NCBI GenBank assembly: GCA_039027015.1
Contig: JBCCLG010000002.1
Span: 1 to 40,859, forward strand
Reading direction: 5' to 3'
Source of the DNA: Acidobacteriota bacterium
GTDB lineage: Bacteria; Acidobacteriota; Thermoanaerobaculia; Multivoradales; J023
DNA length: 40,859 nt
The notes beneath the pieces were generated by a model. It made no database searches, was not told the DNA's origin, and saw only the letters and a list, made by a program, of their open reading frames with translations. Within the stretch, counting starts at the first letter, position 1, and each line of letters opens with the position of its first letter. This document shows, piece after piece, positions 1 to 7,835 of the stretch. The position numbers and the translations under genes are program-made.

Positions 1-139
1 GAACCGTCGCCTCAACAACTGAAAGCGCCCTCCTGACCTCGTCGAGGAACTCGCCTCCAAGCCTGCGATCCTCGTACCAATCGTACGCTTCCGTGATCTC
101 GGCTTCAGCTTCTGGGCGAATGCTGAGAGGGCGGGCCAT
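1..139 (-). CDS. RelE/ParE-family toxin, partial (only the N-terminal 46 codons are inside the window)
   Basis: Manual minus-strand translation from ATG at 139-137 gives MARPLSIRPEAEAEITEAYDWYEDRRLGGEFLDEVRRALSVVEATV. This is a typical ParE/RelE N-terminus (R-x-x-P-x-A...EA-x-x-WYE). It is absent from the ORF track because it is under 60 aa in the window. A TGATG 1-nt overlap joins it to the upstream antitoxin-like ORF. Confidence 0.6.
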   Translation of the reverse strand, partial: MARPLSIRPEAEAEITEAYDWYEDRRLGGEFLDEVRRALSVVEATV

Positions 140-336
140 CAACGACGATTCGCGATCCGCTCGATGCACTCGCGCCAAGGGATACCCGAATCACCGTCGG
201 CCTTGTAGGCGGCGACCCGCCGGTCCAGCTCACGCGCCTGCTCGGATGTCAGCGAAAGTGCCGCGTCCTTCTCACCAACGCTGTCCCACAAAGCGACTGC
301 AGGATCGATTCGTTCTTCGTCGGTGAGTTGGTCCAG
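139..336 (-). CDS. Addiction-module antitoxin-like protein (TIGR02574-like), start unclear or frameshifted
   Basis: Manual translation gives LDQLTDEERIDPAVALWDSVGEKDAALSLTSEQARELDRRVAAYKADGDSGIPWRECIERIANRR, stop TGA 141-139. The frame opens straight after a TAA (339-337) with CTG and has no ATG/GTG/TTG until L16. An ATG at 356 lies in another frame (MGQALDN...). Confidence 0.45.
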   Translation of the reverse strand: MDQLTDEERIDPAVALWDSVGEKDAALSLTSEQARELDRRVAAYKADGDSGIPWRECIERIANRR

Positions 337-559
337 TTATCCAGTGCCTGCCCCATGGGCCCAGTCTACCTCGCCCGTTCTTTCGCCGGAACCGTGCCCA
401 ACTCACCACCGGACACGACTTGCACCGTGACCGGGTTCCGGCCACAACATCCTTGGATTCGATCCCCCCGGCTCGCCTTAGATCAGGATCGCCCGCAGCC
501 TACAAGGGCCTGGCTCTGGTAGGACCTGGCGGATTCTGTCGAAAGGCTGAGCCGCAGGA

Positions 560-1129
560 TCAAGTCTCTGCCGCAGCTCGGGCCCGGTTCAGCTCGTCGA
601 CCAGGCCCAGCTCGCCGACCCAATGTTCGATGTAGTCCAGATCCAAGTTTTGACCCTGGACCCGAAGGATGCCTGCCGCGTCGGAAATCTGGCGGTCTGA
701 AGAACCCATCTGCACCCATTCCAGTTTGGAGATCAAGACATCCTCAGGTCGGGCGACAAAGAGCTGTATGCCATCGACAACCTCAACCTGGCGCCGCTCG
801 AACTCCAGCGTGCTGAACGGCCTCGATTTGCGCAGGATGAAGTCGACTTTCCAGCCGGTCTTGAAGTCGATGATGTTGAACTGCCCCTTCCGGGCGAAGG
901 CGCGGAGGGCCGACTCCTCGCTGAAGTAGTAAGTGTCATTGGGCAACGATCGGAGGAGGCGACGTAGATTCGATGGATCCGGGGCGATGACCAGATCCAC
1001 ACCTTGCGTCGATCGGGGGGAGCCGTGGACTGAGCTGGCAACGGAGCCCGCTACCATGTAAGGGATCCCGGCTTGCTCCAAGAGCGGGATGAGGCGTTCG
1101 AACAGATCCGTCGTCGTCAGCAAGGCCAA
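560..1129 (-). CDS. Nucleotidyltransferase-fold protein, putative toxin or effector of a two-gene module
   Basis: ORF track, 189 aa. TTG start with GAGG 5 nt upstream. AGSVASSVHGSPRSTQGVDLVI resembles the minimal NTase signature G[SG]-x(9-13)-D-x-[DE], but the second acidic residue is not evident (D-L-V). Confidence 0.65.
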   Translation of the reverse strand: MALLTTTDLFERLIPLLEQAGIPYMVAGSVASSVHGSPRSTQGVDLVIAPDPSNLRRLLRSLPNDTYYFSEESALRAFARKGQFNIIDFKTGWKVDFILRKSRPFSTLEFERRQVEVVDGIQLFVARPEDVLISKLEWVQMGSSDRQISDAAGILRVQGQNLDLDYIEHWVGELGLVDELNRARAAAET

Positions 1130-1138
1130 GTGACCTCG

Positions 1139-1354
1139 TCAGACGTCGTACATCTCGCGGATGAGCTCGCGGGTGACCTCTTGCTCGGTCATCTCGGGAT
1201 GCCGTTTGCGAATGCGTGATTTGGCACATTCGCGAACGAAATCGCTCATGTCGAGGGCGATCCTCAGTCGCTGTGCACCGGTCATCCGCCGGTAGACCTC
1301 GAGTTGAGCTCGATGGGCGTCGGCACTGGTATCCAGGGGGCGCGGGATGGTCAC
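1139..1354 (-). CDS. Small helical partner protein (71 aa), putative antitoxin or regulator of the downstream NTase-fold gene
   Basis: ORF track, 71 aa. It ends 9 nt before the NTase-fold gene start on the same strand. No recognisable DNA-binding motif was called by eye. Confidence 0.55.
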   Translation of the reverse strand: MTIPRPLDTSADAHRAQLEVYRRMTGAQRLRIALDMSDFVRECAKSRIRKRHPEMTEQEVTRELIREMYDV

Positions 1355-1500
1355 GAAGGCACCGTAACATAGCCAGCGAAATCAAGGCAGAGACCTTTCC
1401 AGCACCACGATCAAGCTGAGCCGACGAGTAGGAGCAGGTGTCGCCGGTGCTTGGCCCACAAAATCCCGGCATTGTGGTCTACCAGTATGTGGCCTTCGGC

Positions 1501-2004
1501 CTAATCTGCCTCGGCCTGCTTCTTGAGCTCTAGCGTACGTCTCAAGATCGGTAGAACGGCGCGGTCCTTGTCGCGGTTGGCAAACGTCTTGGACTCGATG
1601 ATGGCTTCCAGATCCAGAACTCGAAGGCGAATGCCGGCGACTTCATAATGGCTGCTTCGGCCAAGAAGATCCTGGTAGGTGAGCTGCTCGCCGATCGAAG
1701 TGAGAACATCCAAGCCTCCGAGATCGGTTAGGAGAAGATGGGTCTTCAACCTACCGAGTTTCGATCGATCCGGCACGATCCGACGACCCGCAGGATCTCT
1801 GTAGATGGCGTTGAGCTTCCGTAACGCTGTGGCGAGCCGCTTGATGTTCGCTGGAGATGGGTCGTAGACGATGTCGAGATCCAGCGTGACGATCGGGGCG
1901 CCCTCGAAGACAGCAGCAACACCTCCAACGACGATGAAGTCAACCTCGTCGTGAATCAGGATCTCAAGCTGCTGGAGGAACTTATTGGGTGATGCGTCTT
2001 GCAT
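1501..2004 (-). CDS. Nucleotidyltransferase-fold protein (second, divergent copy of the architecture)
   Basis: ORF track, 167 aa. VVGGVAAVFEGAPIVTLDLDIV fits G[SG]-x(9-13)-D-x-D. The size and position mirror the 560-1129 gene. Confidence 0.65.
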   Translation of the reverse strand: MQDASPNKFLQQLEILIHDEVDFIVVGGVAAVFEGAPIVTLDLDIVYDPSPANIKRLATALRKLNAIYRDPAGRRIVPDRSKLGRLKTHLLLTDLGGLDVLTSIGEQLTYQDLLGRSSHYEVAGIRLRVLDLEAIIESKTFANRDKDRAVLPILRRTLELKKQAEAD

Positions 2005-2167
2005 GTTGGATCGTCACCACACCGTCGACGAAGTTTTGGAGCACTTCGAGACGCTTTTCGGGTGTCAGTCCCAACATCCAAAGGATGAGGCTATCGTCGT
2101 GCTCGACGGCCGGAGGTTTCTCTCGGCCGTTACTTTCTACGTGAACGATCTCGCTGCGACTCTGCAT
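1982..2167 (-). CDS. Small partner protein (61 aa) overlapping the downstream NTase-fold gene by 23 nt
   Basis: ORF track, 61 aa, same strand, with a 23-nt overlap with the 1501-2004 start. Function unknown. Confidence 0.45.
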   Translation of the reverse strand: MQSRSEIVHVESNGREKPPAVEHDDSLILWMLGLTPEKRLEVLQNFVDGVVTIQHARRITQ

Positions 2168-2498
2168 CTGTTCCTCAAGGCGATCCTAGAAGCTGGCTCG
2201 CGACGAGAGGAGCCTACCACCGCCATGGCGGCGCCGCCGATCGGCGCAGGCGCAGAACTCCCTGCGGTTTGCCGAATCGGCACGGAGTCGATGCCGGTCA
2301 CGGTACTCCCGAGCGAGGGCTCTCAGTGGCCAACCCTACCAATTTCCCTCCTGCCAACACTGGAACCGACGCCGGTGCTCGGCCACAACGTCCTTAGGTT
2401 GAGTCCATGCAAAGCGGCCTCTTCGCGTGGATCGCGTTGCGTGCTGGGTCTATATCGACGACGCAAGCCGTGCCTACGGCATTGCGAATCGCGGGCGG

Positions 2499-2876
2499 CT
2501 ACCAGCTGACCACGCGGAGGCCATGCACCTCTTCGAAATGCTTGTCACGGCTGACGACAGGCTCGTCGTGCTGGCGAGCCAGCGCCGCGATCCATACGTC
2601 ATTCTCGGGAATCGGGCGACCGCGAGTGCGCAACTCGTCGCGTACTTCGGCACAGTGCTGGGCCGTAGTCTCGTCGATCCGCAAAAGGATGGACTCCCTG
2701 ACCAGGCTATCGAGCAGCATCCCGAGATGACGATGATGCCGTGACCGCATGAGACCGTAGCGATATTCGCCGACCACGATCACCGGAAGGTGATGGCGAT
2801 CGGCGTTGGCAAGCCGCTCGGCCAATGCCGGGGCGCCGCCAAGCAGAGCGGACACGGCATTGGCGTCGAGAATCAG
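2499..2876 (-). CDS. vapC: PIN-domain ribonuclease toxin VapC, probable CTG start
   Basis: The ORF track calls a GTG at 2855. The in-frame upstream codons read L-I-L-D-A-N-A-V, which is the PIN motif carrying the first conserved Asp. CTG at 2876-2874 forms a CTGA overlap with the antitoxin stop, the position where VapBC pairs usually have ATGA. Confidence 0.75.
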   Translation of the reverse strand: MILDANAVSALLGGAPALAERLANADRHHLPVIVVGEYRYGLMRSRHHRHLGMLLDSLVRESILLRIDETTAQHCAEVRDELRTRGRPIPENDVWIAALARQHDEPVVSRDKHFEEVHGLRVVSW

Positions 2877-3124
2877 CGCCAGTCGTCCGGGTCGATCGTC
2901 CCGAACTCTTCTGCGACGATCGCGTCGACAGCCGCTACCTCATCAGGCTTGGCTTGGCCGAAGACGCGCCGCCAGCCCGACACAGCAGGCTCGTTCATGC
3001 TCGTTTCTGCGAGCCGGACACGCAGCGATTCCGTAACAAAGTCCTTGAGGCTTTCGCTACCCATCGCGGCCGCAGCCTTGCTTCGGCGAAACACGTCGTC
3101 GAGAATTTCAAGCGTCGTTTTCAC
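2873..3124 (-). CDS. vapB: VapB-type antitoxin
   Basis: GTG at 3124 gives VKTTLEILDDVFRRSKAAAAMGSESLKDFVTESLRVRL..., a typical N-terminal antitoxin fold sequence. Its stop overlaps the vapC start by 4 nt. The ORF track's longer 113-aa version has an implausible N-terminus. Confidence 0.7.
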   Translation of the reverse strand: MKTTLEILDDVFRRSKAAAAMGSESLKDFVTESLRVRLAETSMNEPAVSGWRRVFGQAKPDEVAAVDAIVAEEFGTIDPDDWR

Positions 3125-3233
3125 GCTGCCAAGATTTCCATATTTACGGGTAAGGATCAAAAGATAGCCCTTCCGGTCCACCCTCCGAGAGCAGCCTGAA
3201 GAGGAAGGCCGCATGCTCGGTTAGAGTCCGGCC

Positions 3234-4148
3234 ATGGCTTTTTACCCGCTCCTCGACCCTTTCTGGTCGCGCTTTCCGTGGCCGGATCGGGTGCGCCTCA
3301 TGGCCGAGCCCATGGGCCCGGTGACGCGCTTCAGGATGGCGCGCTATTACGCCGGGCGGCCGGCCATGGCGGCCCACTGCTACGCCATCGGCGACACTCT
3401 GGTCGATACCGGCTTCCCGGCCGCCCGTCGGGAGATCTACGAGGCGGCGGCGGCCGCCGGCATTCGGAAGGTGCTTCTGACCCATCACCACGAGGATCAC
3501 GCGGGGAACGCCGGCGTGCTCAAGAACGCCGGGGTCGAGGTCTTCGCGAGCGCCATGACCGCCCGCTTGGTCGGCACCGATCTTCCCCTGCCCTTCTATC
3601 AGCACTACGCCTGGGGACGGACCGGTCCGACCGAGGTTCAGGTGCTCGACGAAGGCACCGTCGCCATCGGCCCCCATGAGGCCCAGATTCTTCCCGCGCC
3701 AGGCCACGCGATCGACCAGGTGGTTTTCTTCGTGCCCGATGAAGGCTGGCTGTTCGCCGGCGACGTCTTCATTCACGAGCGGGTCAAGATCTTCCGGCGC
3801 GACGAGGACTTTGCGGCCACTCTCAGGACTTTAAGAAGCCTGGTTCAGCTGGACTTTGACGTTCTCTTCTGCGGGCACCGGCCGGTGGCCTCGGCGGGGG
3901 ATGAGGCCCTGGTGCGCAAGCTCGAGTGGCTCGAGGAGATCGAGGCCGGGGTGCGCGAGCGACACTCCGCGGGCGATCCGGTGGGCGAGATCGTGCGGCG
4001 CCTTCGCCTCGAGAAACGGAGCGGCTTCAGGCGCCTGACGATGGGCGACGCCTCGGCCCACAACATCGTGCGCTCGATCCTCCATGGACCGACGCCGCGC
4101 CGCGAGGTCCTCGAGGCCCTGGCGGATTTCGAGGCGCCCGCGGCCTGA
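3234..4148 (+). CDS. MBL-fold metallo-hydrolase
   Basis: ORF track, 304 aa. LLTHHHEDHAGN is the HxHxDH metallo-beta-lactamase motif. The start codon is uncertain, with in-frame Met alternatives downstream. Confidence 0.85.
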   Translation: MAFYPLLDPFWSRFPWPDRVRLMAEPMGPVTRFRMARYYAGRPAMAAHCYAIGDTLVDTGFPAARREIYEAAAAAGIRKVLLTHHHEDHAGNAGVLKNAGVEVFASAMTARLVGTDLPLPFYQHYAWGRTGPTEVQVLDEGTVAIGPHEAQILPAPGHAIDQVVFFVPDEGWLFAGDVFIHERVKIFRRDEDFAATLRTLRSLVQLDFDVLFCGHRPVASAGDEALVRKLEWLEEIEAGVRERHSAGDPVGEIVRRLRLEKRSGFRRLTMGDASAHNIVRSILHGPTPRREVLEALADFEAPAA

Positions 4149-4188
4149 AGAGTTCGAGGCGCCCGCGGCCCGAAGAATCCGCCCGAGG

Positions 4189-4521
4189 TCAGGCGCTGCG
4201 GCCGGGCATTTTGACGCTGCCCTCGAAGACCGCGCCGTCCGAGATCGCCAGCTTCTTGGCCTGGAGATCGCCCTGAACGCGGCTGGTGGCGTTCAGCACG
4301 ATCTTCTCCTCGGCGGCGATTTGACCCTGCACTTTTCCGTCGACGTGGACTTCGCGGGCCGCGAGCTCGCCGTCGACCACGCCGCCCTCGCGCACCCGCA
4401 GGATGCCCTCGGTACCGGCCGTGCCCTTGAGGGTTCCGAGCACCTCGATGGGCGCGGTGCCGGTCACCTCCCCCGTGATCGTGATGCCTTTGCCGATGAC
4501 TGTCGTTTCACCGTCGGCCAT
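4189..4521 (-). CDS. Bactofilin (polymer-forming cytoskeletal protein)
   Basis: Right-handed beta-helix repeat pattern ([15 protein letters not shown]...[11 protein letters not shown]...[13 protein letters not shown]...[11 protein letters not shown]). ATG at 4521 is preceded by AGGAGG. The track's longer ORF adds an implausible basic leader. Confidence 0.85.
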   Translation of the reverse strand: MADGETTVIGKGITITGEVTGTAPIEVLGTLKGTAGTEGILRVREGGVVDGELAAREVHVDGKVQGQIAAEEKIVLNATSRVQGDLQAKKLAISDGAVFEGSVKMPGRSA

Positions 4522-4756
4522 GAACCGTATCCTCCTGATTTTGGCGTTTTTCTGCTCGCTTCGGCGGCCGGATCGTAGCACGGCGTCGCGCTGCCAAGTC
4601 GTCTCGTGTATCCTGCCGCCGCCGGTTGACCGGAGCGCTTTTCGGGCCTCTCGCCGGCTCTTTCAGGGGGGCCTGCTCCCCGGGCTCTCCGGCCGGGCTT
4701 CCCGATCTGCCGCCGGCCCGCCGATCCACGCACCAGCACCCTCGAGGCATGAGACG

Positions 4757-5401
4757 ATGACCGACTCTCCCGCCCACAACGTCACCGTCGTGGACCACCC
4801 CCTGGTCCAGCACAAACTCACCCAAATGCGCATCACCGAGCGCAGCACCAGCGGCTTCCGCCAGCTGCTCAAAGAGACGAGCATGCTGCTCGCTTACGAG
4901 ATCACGCGCGACGCGCCGCTCACCACGCGGCGCATCGAGACGCCCCTCGAGGCGATGGACGCACCGGTGCTCGAGGGCAAAAAGATGGTGCTGGCGGCCA
5001 TCCTGCGCGCCGGCGTCGGCATGCTCGACGGCATGCTCGAGATCATGCCTTCGGCGCGCGTCGGCCACGTGGGCCTGTACCGCGATCCCAAGACCCTCGA
5101 GGCCGTCGAGTACTACCTCAAGATGCCCGAGGGCCTGCACGACCGCGAGGTCCTGATGCTCGACCCGATGCTCGCCACCGGCAATACGGCGATCGCGGCG
5201 ACCGACAAGGTGGTCGAGATGGGCCCCAAATCGATCAAATTCGTCTGCCTGCTGGCGGCGCCCGAGGGCCTCGAGGCGTTCCACAAGGCTCACCCGAACG
5301 TGCCCGTCTACACCGCCGCCATCGACCGCCAGCTCAACGAGAAGGGCTATATCCTGCCCGGCCTCGGCGACGCCGGCGACCGCATCTTTGGCACCAAGTG
5401 A
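4757..5401 (+). CDS. upp: Uracil phosphoribosyltransferase
   Basis: [25 protein letters not shown]... and the C-terminal [17 protein letters not shown] are diagnostic for Upp. The ATG at 4757 is in frame within the longer track ORF. Confidence 0.95.
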   Translation: MTDSPAHNVTVVDHPLVQHKLTQMRITERSTSGFRQLLKETSMLLAYEITRDAPLTTRRIETPLEAMDAPVLEGKKMVLAAILRAGVGMLDGMLEIMPSARVGHVGLYRDPKTLEAVEYYLKMPEGLHDREVLMLDPMLATGNTAIAATDKVVEMGPKSIKFVCLLAAPEGLEAFHKAHPNVPVYTAAIDRQLNEKGYILPGLGDAGDRIFGTK

Positions 5402-5409
5402 CCCCTCGG

Positions 5410-5438
5410 GCCGCCGATCCATGCGGCGGTCGGTTTCT
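5410..5438 (+). terminator. Weak candidate intrinsic terminator after upp
   Basis: CCGCCG-atccatg-CGGCGG hairpin followed by tcggTTTCTc. The stem is short and the U-tract poor. Confidence 0.3.
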
Positions 5439-5480
5439 CAGGCACCCCACCCATCCATAAGCTCCCGCCGGGAGAGGACT

Positions 5481-6698
5481 ATGTCGGACAAGCTCAAAGT
5501 CGTGCTCGCCTATTCCGGAGGCCTCGACACCTCCGTGATCCTGCACTGGATCAAGAAGACCTATGACGCCGAGGTCATCGCCTACACCGGCGACGTCGGC
5601 CAGGGAGACCTCGAGATCGACGCCGTGCGCGCCGCCGGCCGCGCCACCGGCGCCTCCGAGGTGGTGATCGAGGATCTGCGCAGCCGATTCGCCGAGACCA
5701 CCATCTTCCCCGCCCTGCGAGCCAACGCGGTCTACGAGTGGTACTACCTGCTGGGCACCGCCCTCGCCCGGCCGGTGATCGCCGAGGGGCTGATGCGCTG
5801 CGCCGAGCGCTTCGGCGCCAACGCCATCGCCCACGGCGCCACCGGCAAGGGCAACGATCAGGTGCGCTTCGAGATGGCGGCCTACGCCCTCAGGCCCGAC
5901 ATCCAGATCATCGCGCCGTGGCGCGAGTGGGACTTCAAGGGCCGCGCCGATCTCATGGCCTACGCCGCCGAGCACAAGATCGACCTGCCCGAGTCCACCA
6001 AGCCCGGCTATTCGATGGACGCCAACCTGATGCACATCAGCTACGAGGGCGGCATTCTCGAAGATCCCTGGGCGTCGGCGCCCGAGGAGATGTGGCGGCT
6101 CACCGCGTCGGCCTCGGAAGCCCCCGACGAGGCCGAGACGGTGGTGATCCGCTACGAGCGCGGAACGCCCGTGGCGCTCGACGGTGAGGAGCTGGAGCCG
6201 GTCGCCCTGCTCGAGCGGCTCAACGAGATCGCCGGACGCCACGGCGTGGGCCGCATCGACATCGTGGAGAACCGCTTTTTGGGCATGAAGAGCCGCGGCT
6301 GCTACGAAACCCCGGCGGTCACCGTGCTGCTCCACGGCCACCGGGCCGTGGAGTCGATCACCCTCGACCGCGAGGTGCAGCACCTGCGCGATGAGCTGAC
6401 CCACCGCTTCGCCGAGATCGTCTACAACGGCCTGTGGTTCAGCCCCGAGCGCGAGGCCCTGCAGCAGTTCATGGACTCCGTGCAGGAGCGCGTCAACGGC
6501 GAGGCCCGGCTGCGCCTGTTCAAGGGCAGCGTGGTCGTCGAGGGTCGGCGTTCGGCCACCCACACGCTCTACGACGAGGAGATGGCGACCTTCGAGGCCG
6601 ACGACGTCTTCGACCAAAGCGACGCCACCGGCTTTATCCGCCTGCGCGCTCTGCGCCTGCGCACCCTGGGCGCCAAGCGCATCTCGGAAGGCGAGTAG
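5481..6698 (+). CDS. argG: Argininosuccinate synthase
   Basis: MSDKLKVVLAYSGGLDTSV (ATP-pyrophosphatase motif), with ArgG-like sequence throughout. GGAGAGG lies upstream of the ATG at 5481. Confidence 0.95.
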   Translation: MSDKLKVVLAYSGGLDTSVILHWIKKTYDAEVIAYTGDVGQGDLEIDAVRAAGRATGASEVVIEDLRSRFAETTIFPALRANAVYEWYYLLGTALARPVIAEGLMRCAERFGANAIAHGATGKGNDQVRFEMAAYALRPDIQIIAPWREWDFKGRADLMAYAAEHKIDLPESTKPGYSMDANLMHISYEGGILEDPWASAPEEMWRLTASASEAPDEAETVVIRYERGTPVALDGEELEPVALLERLNEIAGRHGVGRIDIVENRFLGMKSRGCYETPAVTVLLHGHRAVESITLDREVQHLRDELTHRFAEIVYNGLWFSPEREALQQFMDSVQERVNGEARLRLFKGSVVVEGRRSATHTLYDEEMATFEADDVFDQSDATGFIRLRALRLRTLGAKRISEGE

Positions 6699-6760
6699 AG
6701 AGAGCGGCGGCGGCCCCGGCCGCTGGCCCGGGCCAGCCCGCTCGGGGGCTCCACCCGGGG

Positions 6761-7762
6761 TCAATACTCGACCGTCACCTCGCCCATATTGCCGGCCACC
6801 GAGAGGGTGAGGCGCGGCGCGTCCTCGGCGAGGCCCGAGGTCTCCGGCAGCTCGATGCGGCTCTCGCCCATGGCCACGGAGCCTCCTTCCCAGTCGATGT
6901 AGGCGTCTTCGGGCACCCACAGGCGGCAGGCGCCCATGGAGAACGAGGCCTCGATCTCCGCGTCGTTGCGCCAGGCCCCCTTGAGGTCTAAGAAGAAGTC
7001 GCCCATGCCGTGGTCCACCTCCACCGCGGCGGGGCTGGCGTCGCCGAGGCCGCGAATTTCCAGCTCGCCCATCGAGCCGCTGGCGCGAAACGAGGTCATG
7101 GGGAAGGGCAGCGGCTCGCGGACCTCCACAAAGTGCTCGCCCATGCCGTAGTCGAGGTCGTAGTTTTCGAGCCACAGACCGCCGAGGTCGACCTTGGACT
7201 GCCCCATCTTCATCTGGCCGACGATATTCATCGGGTGACCGCGCGGCACGATCACCGTCACCTCGTTTTTGCTGTTGTTGCCGCCGCCGACCAGCAGGCT
7301 CAAAAAGCCGCCCTTGGCGCCGAAGGACACCTCGTAGGTCCACTCGCCGTTGTCCTCAAGCTGCCAATCCTCCTTCAGCTCGAATTTCGCGGCGTCGTAG
7401 TCCGCGATCACCCGCAGCGGCTCGTCGGCCGGGCCGGGCCGCACGTGAAAATCGCCGATCTGCAGGTCGAGCTTGAGCGTGCCGACGCCGGCGGTGGGCC
7501 CCGGTCCGGACTGAATCTCCACCGATTCCGGCGCGTCGGCGGTGGGGTCGCCCACGGGGGGCTCAGACCCTGGGAAGCCCGGCAGCGGAGGCGGTTCGGG
7601 CAAAATTCGCTCGGTCTGCAGCTCCTCGGGTCGCGGGTCCTCTTCGACGATGGCGAACTGCACCGCCGCGAGGAGGAAGGACAGGCCGAGGACCAGAGCG
7701 ATCACGCTCGCGCAGCCGAAACAGCCGTATTTGAAGCATCCGGGCATCGTGCTCTTGCTCAT
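6761..7762 (-). CDS. Hypothetical single-pass membrane protein with a beta-rich C-terminal domain
   Basis: ORF track, 333 aa. The N-terminal CFKYGCFGC motif is followed by a hydrophobic helix (VIALVLGLSFLLAAVQFAI). The C-terminal half has repeated G-x-MGE/D strands. The gene lies 73 nt downstream of the acyltransferase gene on the same strand. Confidence 0.6.
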   Translation of the reverse strand: MSKSTMPGCFKYGCFGCASVIALVLGLSFLLAAVQFAIVEEDPRPEELQTERILPEPPPLPGFPGSEPPVGDPTADAPESVEIQSGPGPTAGVGTLKLDLQIGDFHVRPGPADEPLRVIADYDAAKFELKEDWQLEDNGEWTYEVSFGAKGGFLSLLVGGGNNSKNEVTVIVPRGHPMNIVGQMKMGQSKVDLGGLWLENYDLDYGMGEHFVEVREPLPFPMTSFRASGSMGELEIRGLGDASPAAVEVDHGMGDFFLDLKGAWRNDAEIEASFSMGACRLWVPEDAYIDWEGGSVAMGESRIELPETSGLAEDAPRLTLSVAGNMGEVTVEY

Positions 7763-7835
7763 AAGGGATCCTTTCGGGTCGGCCCTGTGCCGACTCGCCG
7801 ATACTACGACGCGACCCCGCGATCTGTTTCGCGAC

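Noticed and set aside
451-478. ccttggattcgatccccccggctcgcc resembles a tRNA T-loop (GGTTCGATCC-like). This raised the idea of a tRNA gene or a tRNA-3'-end att fragment next to the TA island.
   Set aside because: No complementary acceptor 5' strand, D-arm or anticodon arm can be built within the preceding 80 nt. The putative T-stem does not pair on either strand. At most it is a decayed fragment and is not supportable as a feature.
2168-2498. In the 330-bp gap between TA modules, the minus strand reads DVVAEHRRRFQCWQEGNW-stop-GWPLRALAREYRDRHRLRADSANRREFCACADRRRRHG. This looked like a possible decayed HTH or transposase-OrfA-like remnant with an in-frame stop.
   Set aside because: The resemblance is vague and the stretch is short and Arg-rich. 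Translations like this arise easily in GC-rich non-coding DNA. Without a database hit I cannot call a pseudogene. It is worth a blastx check only.
6699-6760. GC-rich palindromes (AGCGGC...GCCGCT, CTGGCCCGGGCCAG) between convergent argG and the membrane-protein gene, considered as terminators.
   Set aside because: The stems are short, one lacks a viable loop, and no U-tract follows on either strand. This is too weak to annotate.
5334-7343. A 669-aa minus-strand ORF, with similar very long ORFs at 8913-11306 (+), 18869-21067 (+), 24190-25797 (-), 25779-27428 (-), 36251-38053 (-), 14876-15985 (+) and 30640-31890 (+).
   Set aside because: All lie antisense to, or out of frame with, genes that have unmistakable family signatures (argG, KAS/SDR, tyrosinase, amidohydrolases, TBDR, TrxR-like, prfA). 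Their translations are Arg/Gly/Ala/Pro-rich low-complexity strings, typical of stop-codon-poor shadow frames in high-GC DNA.
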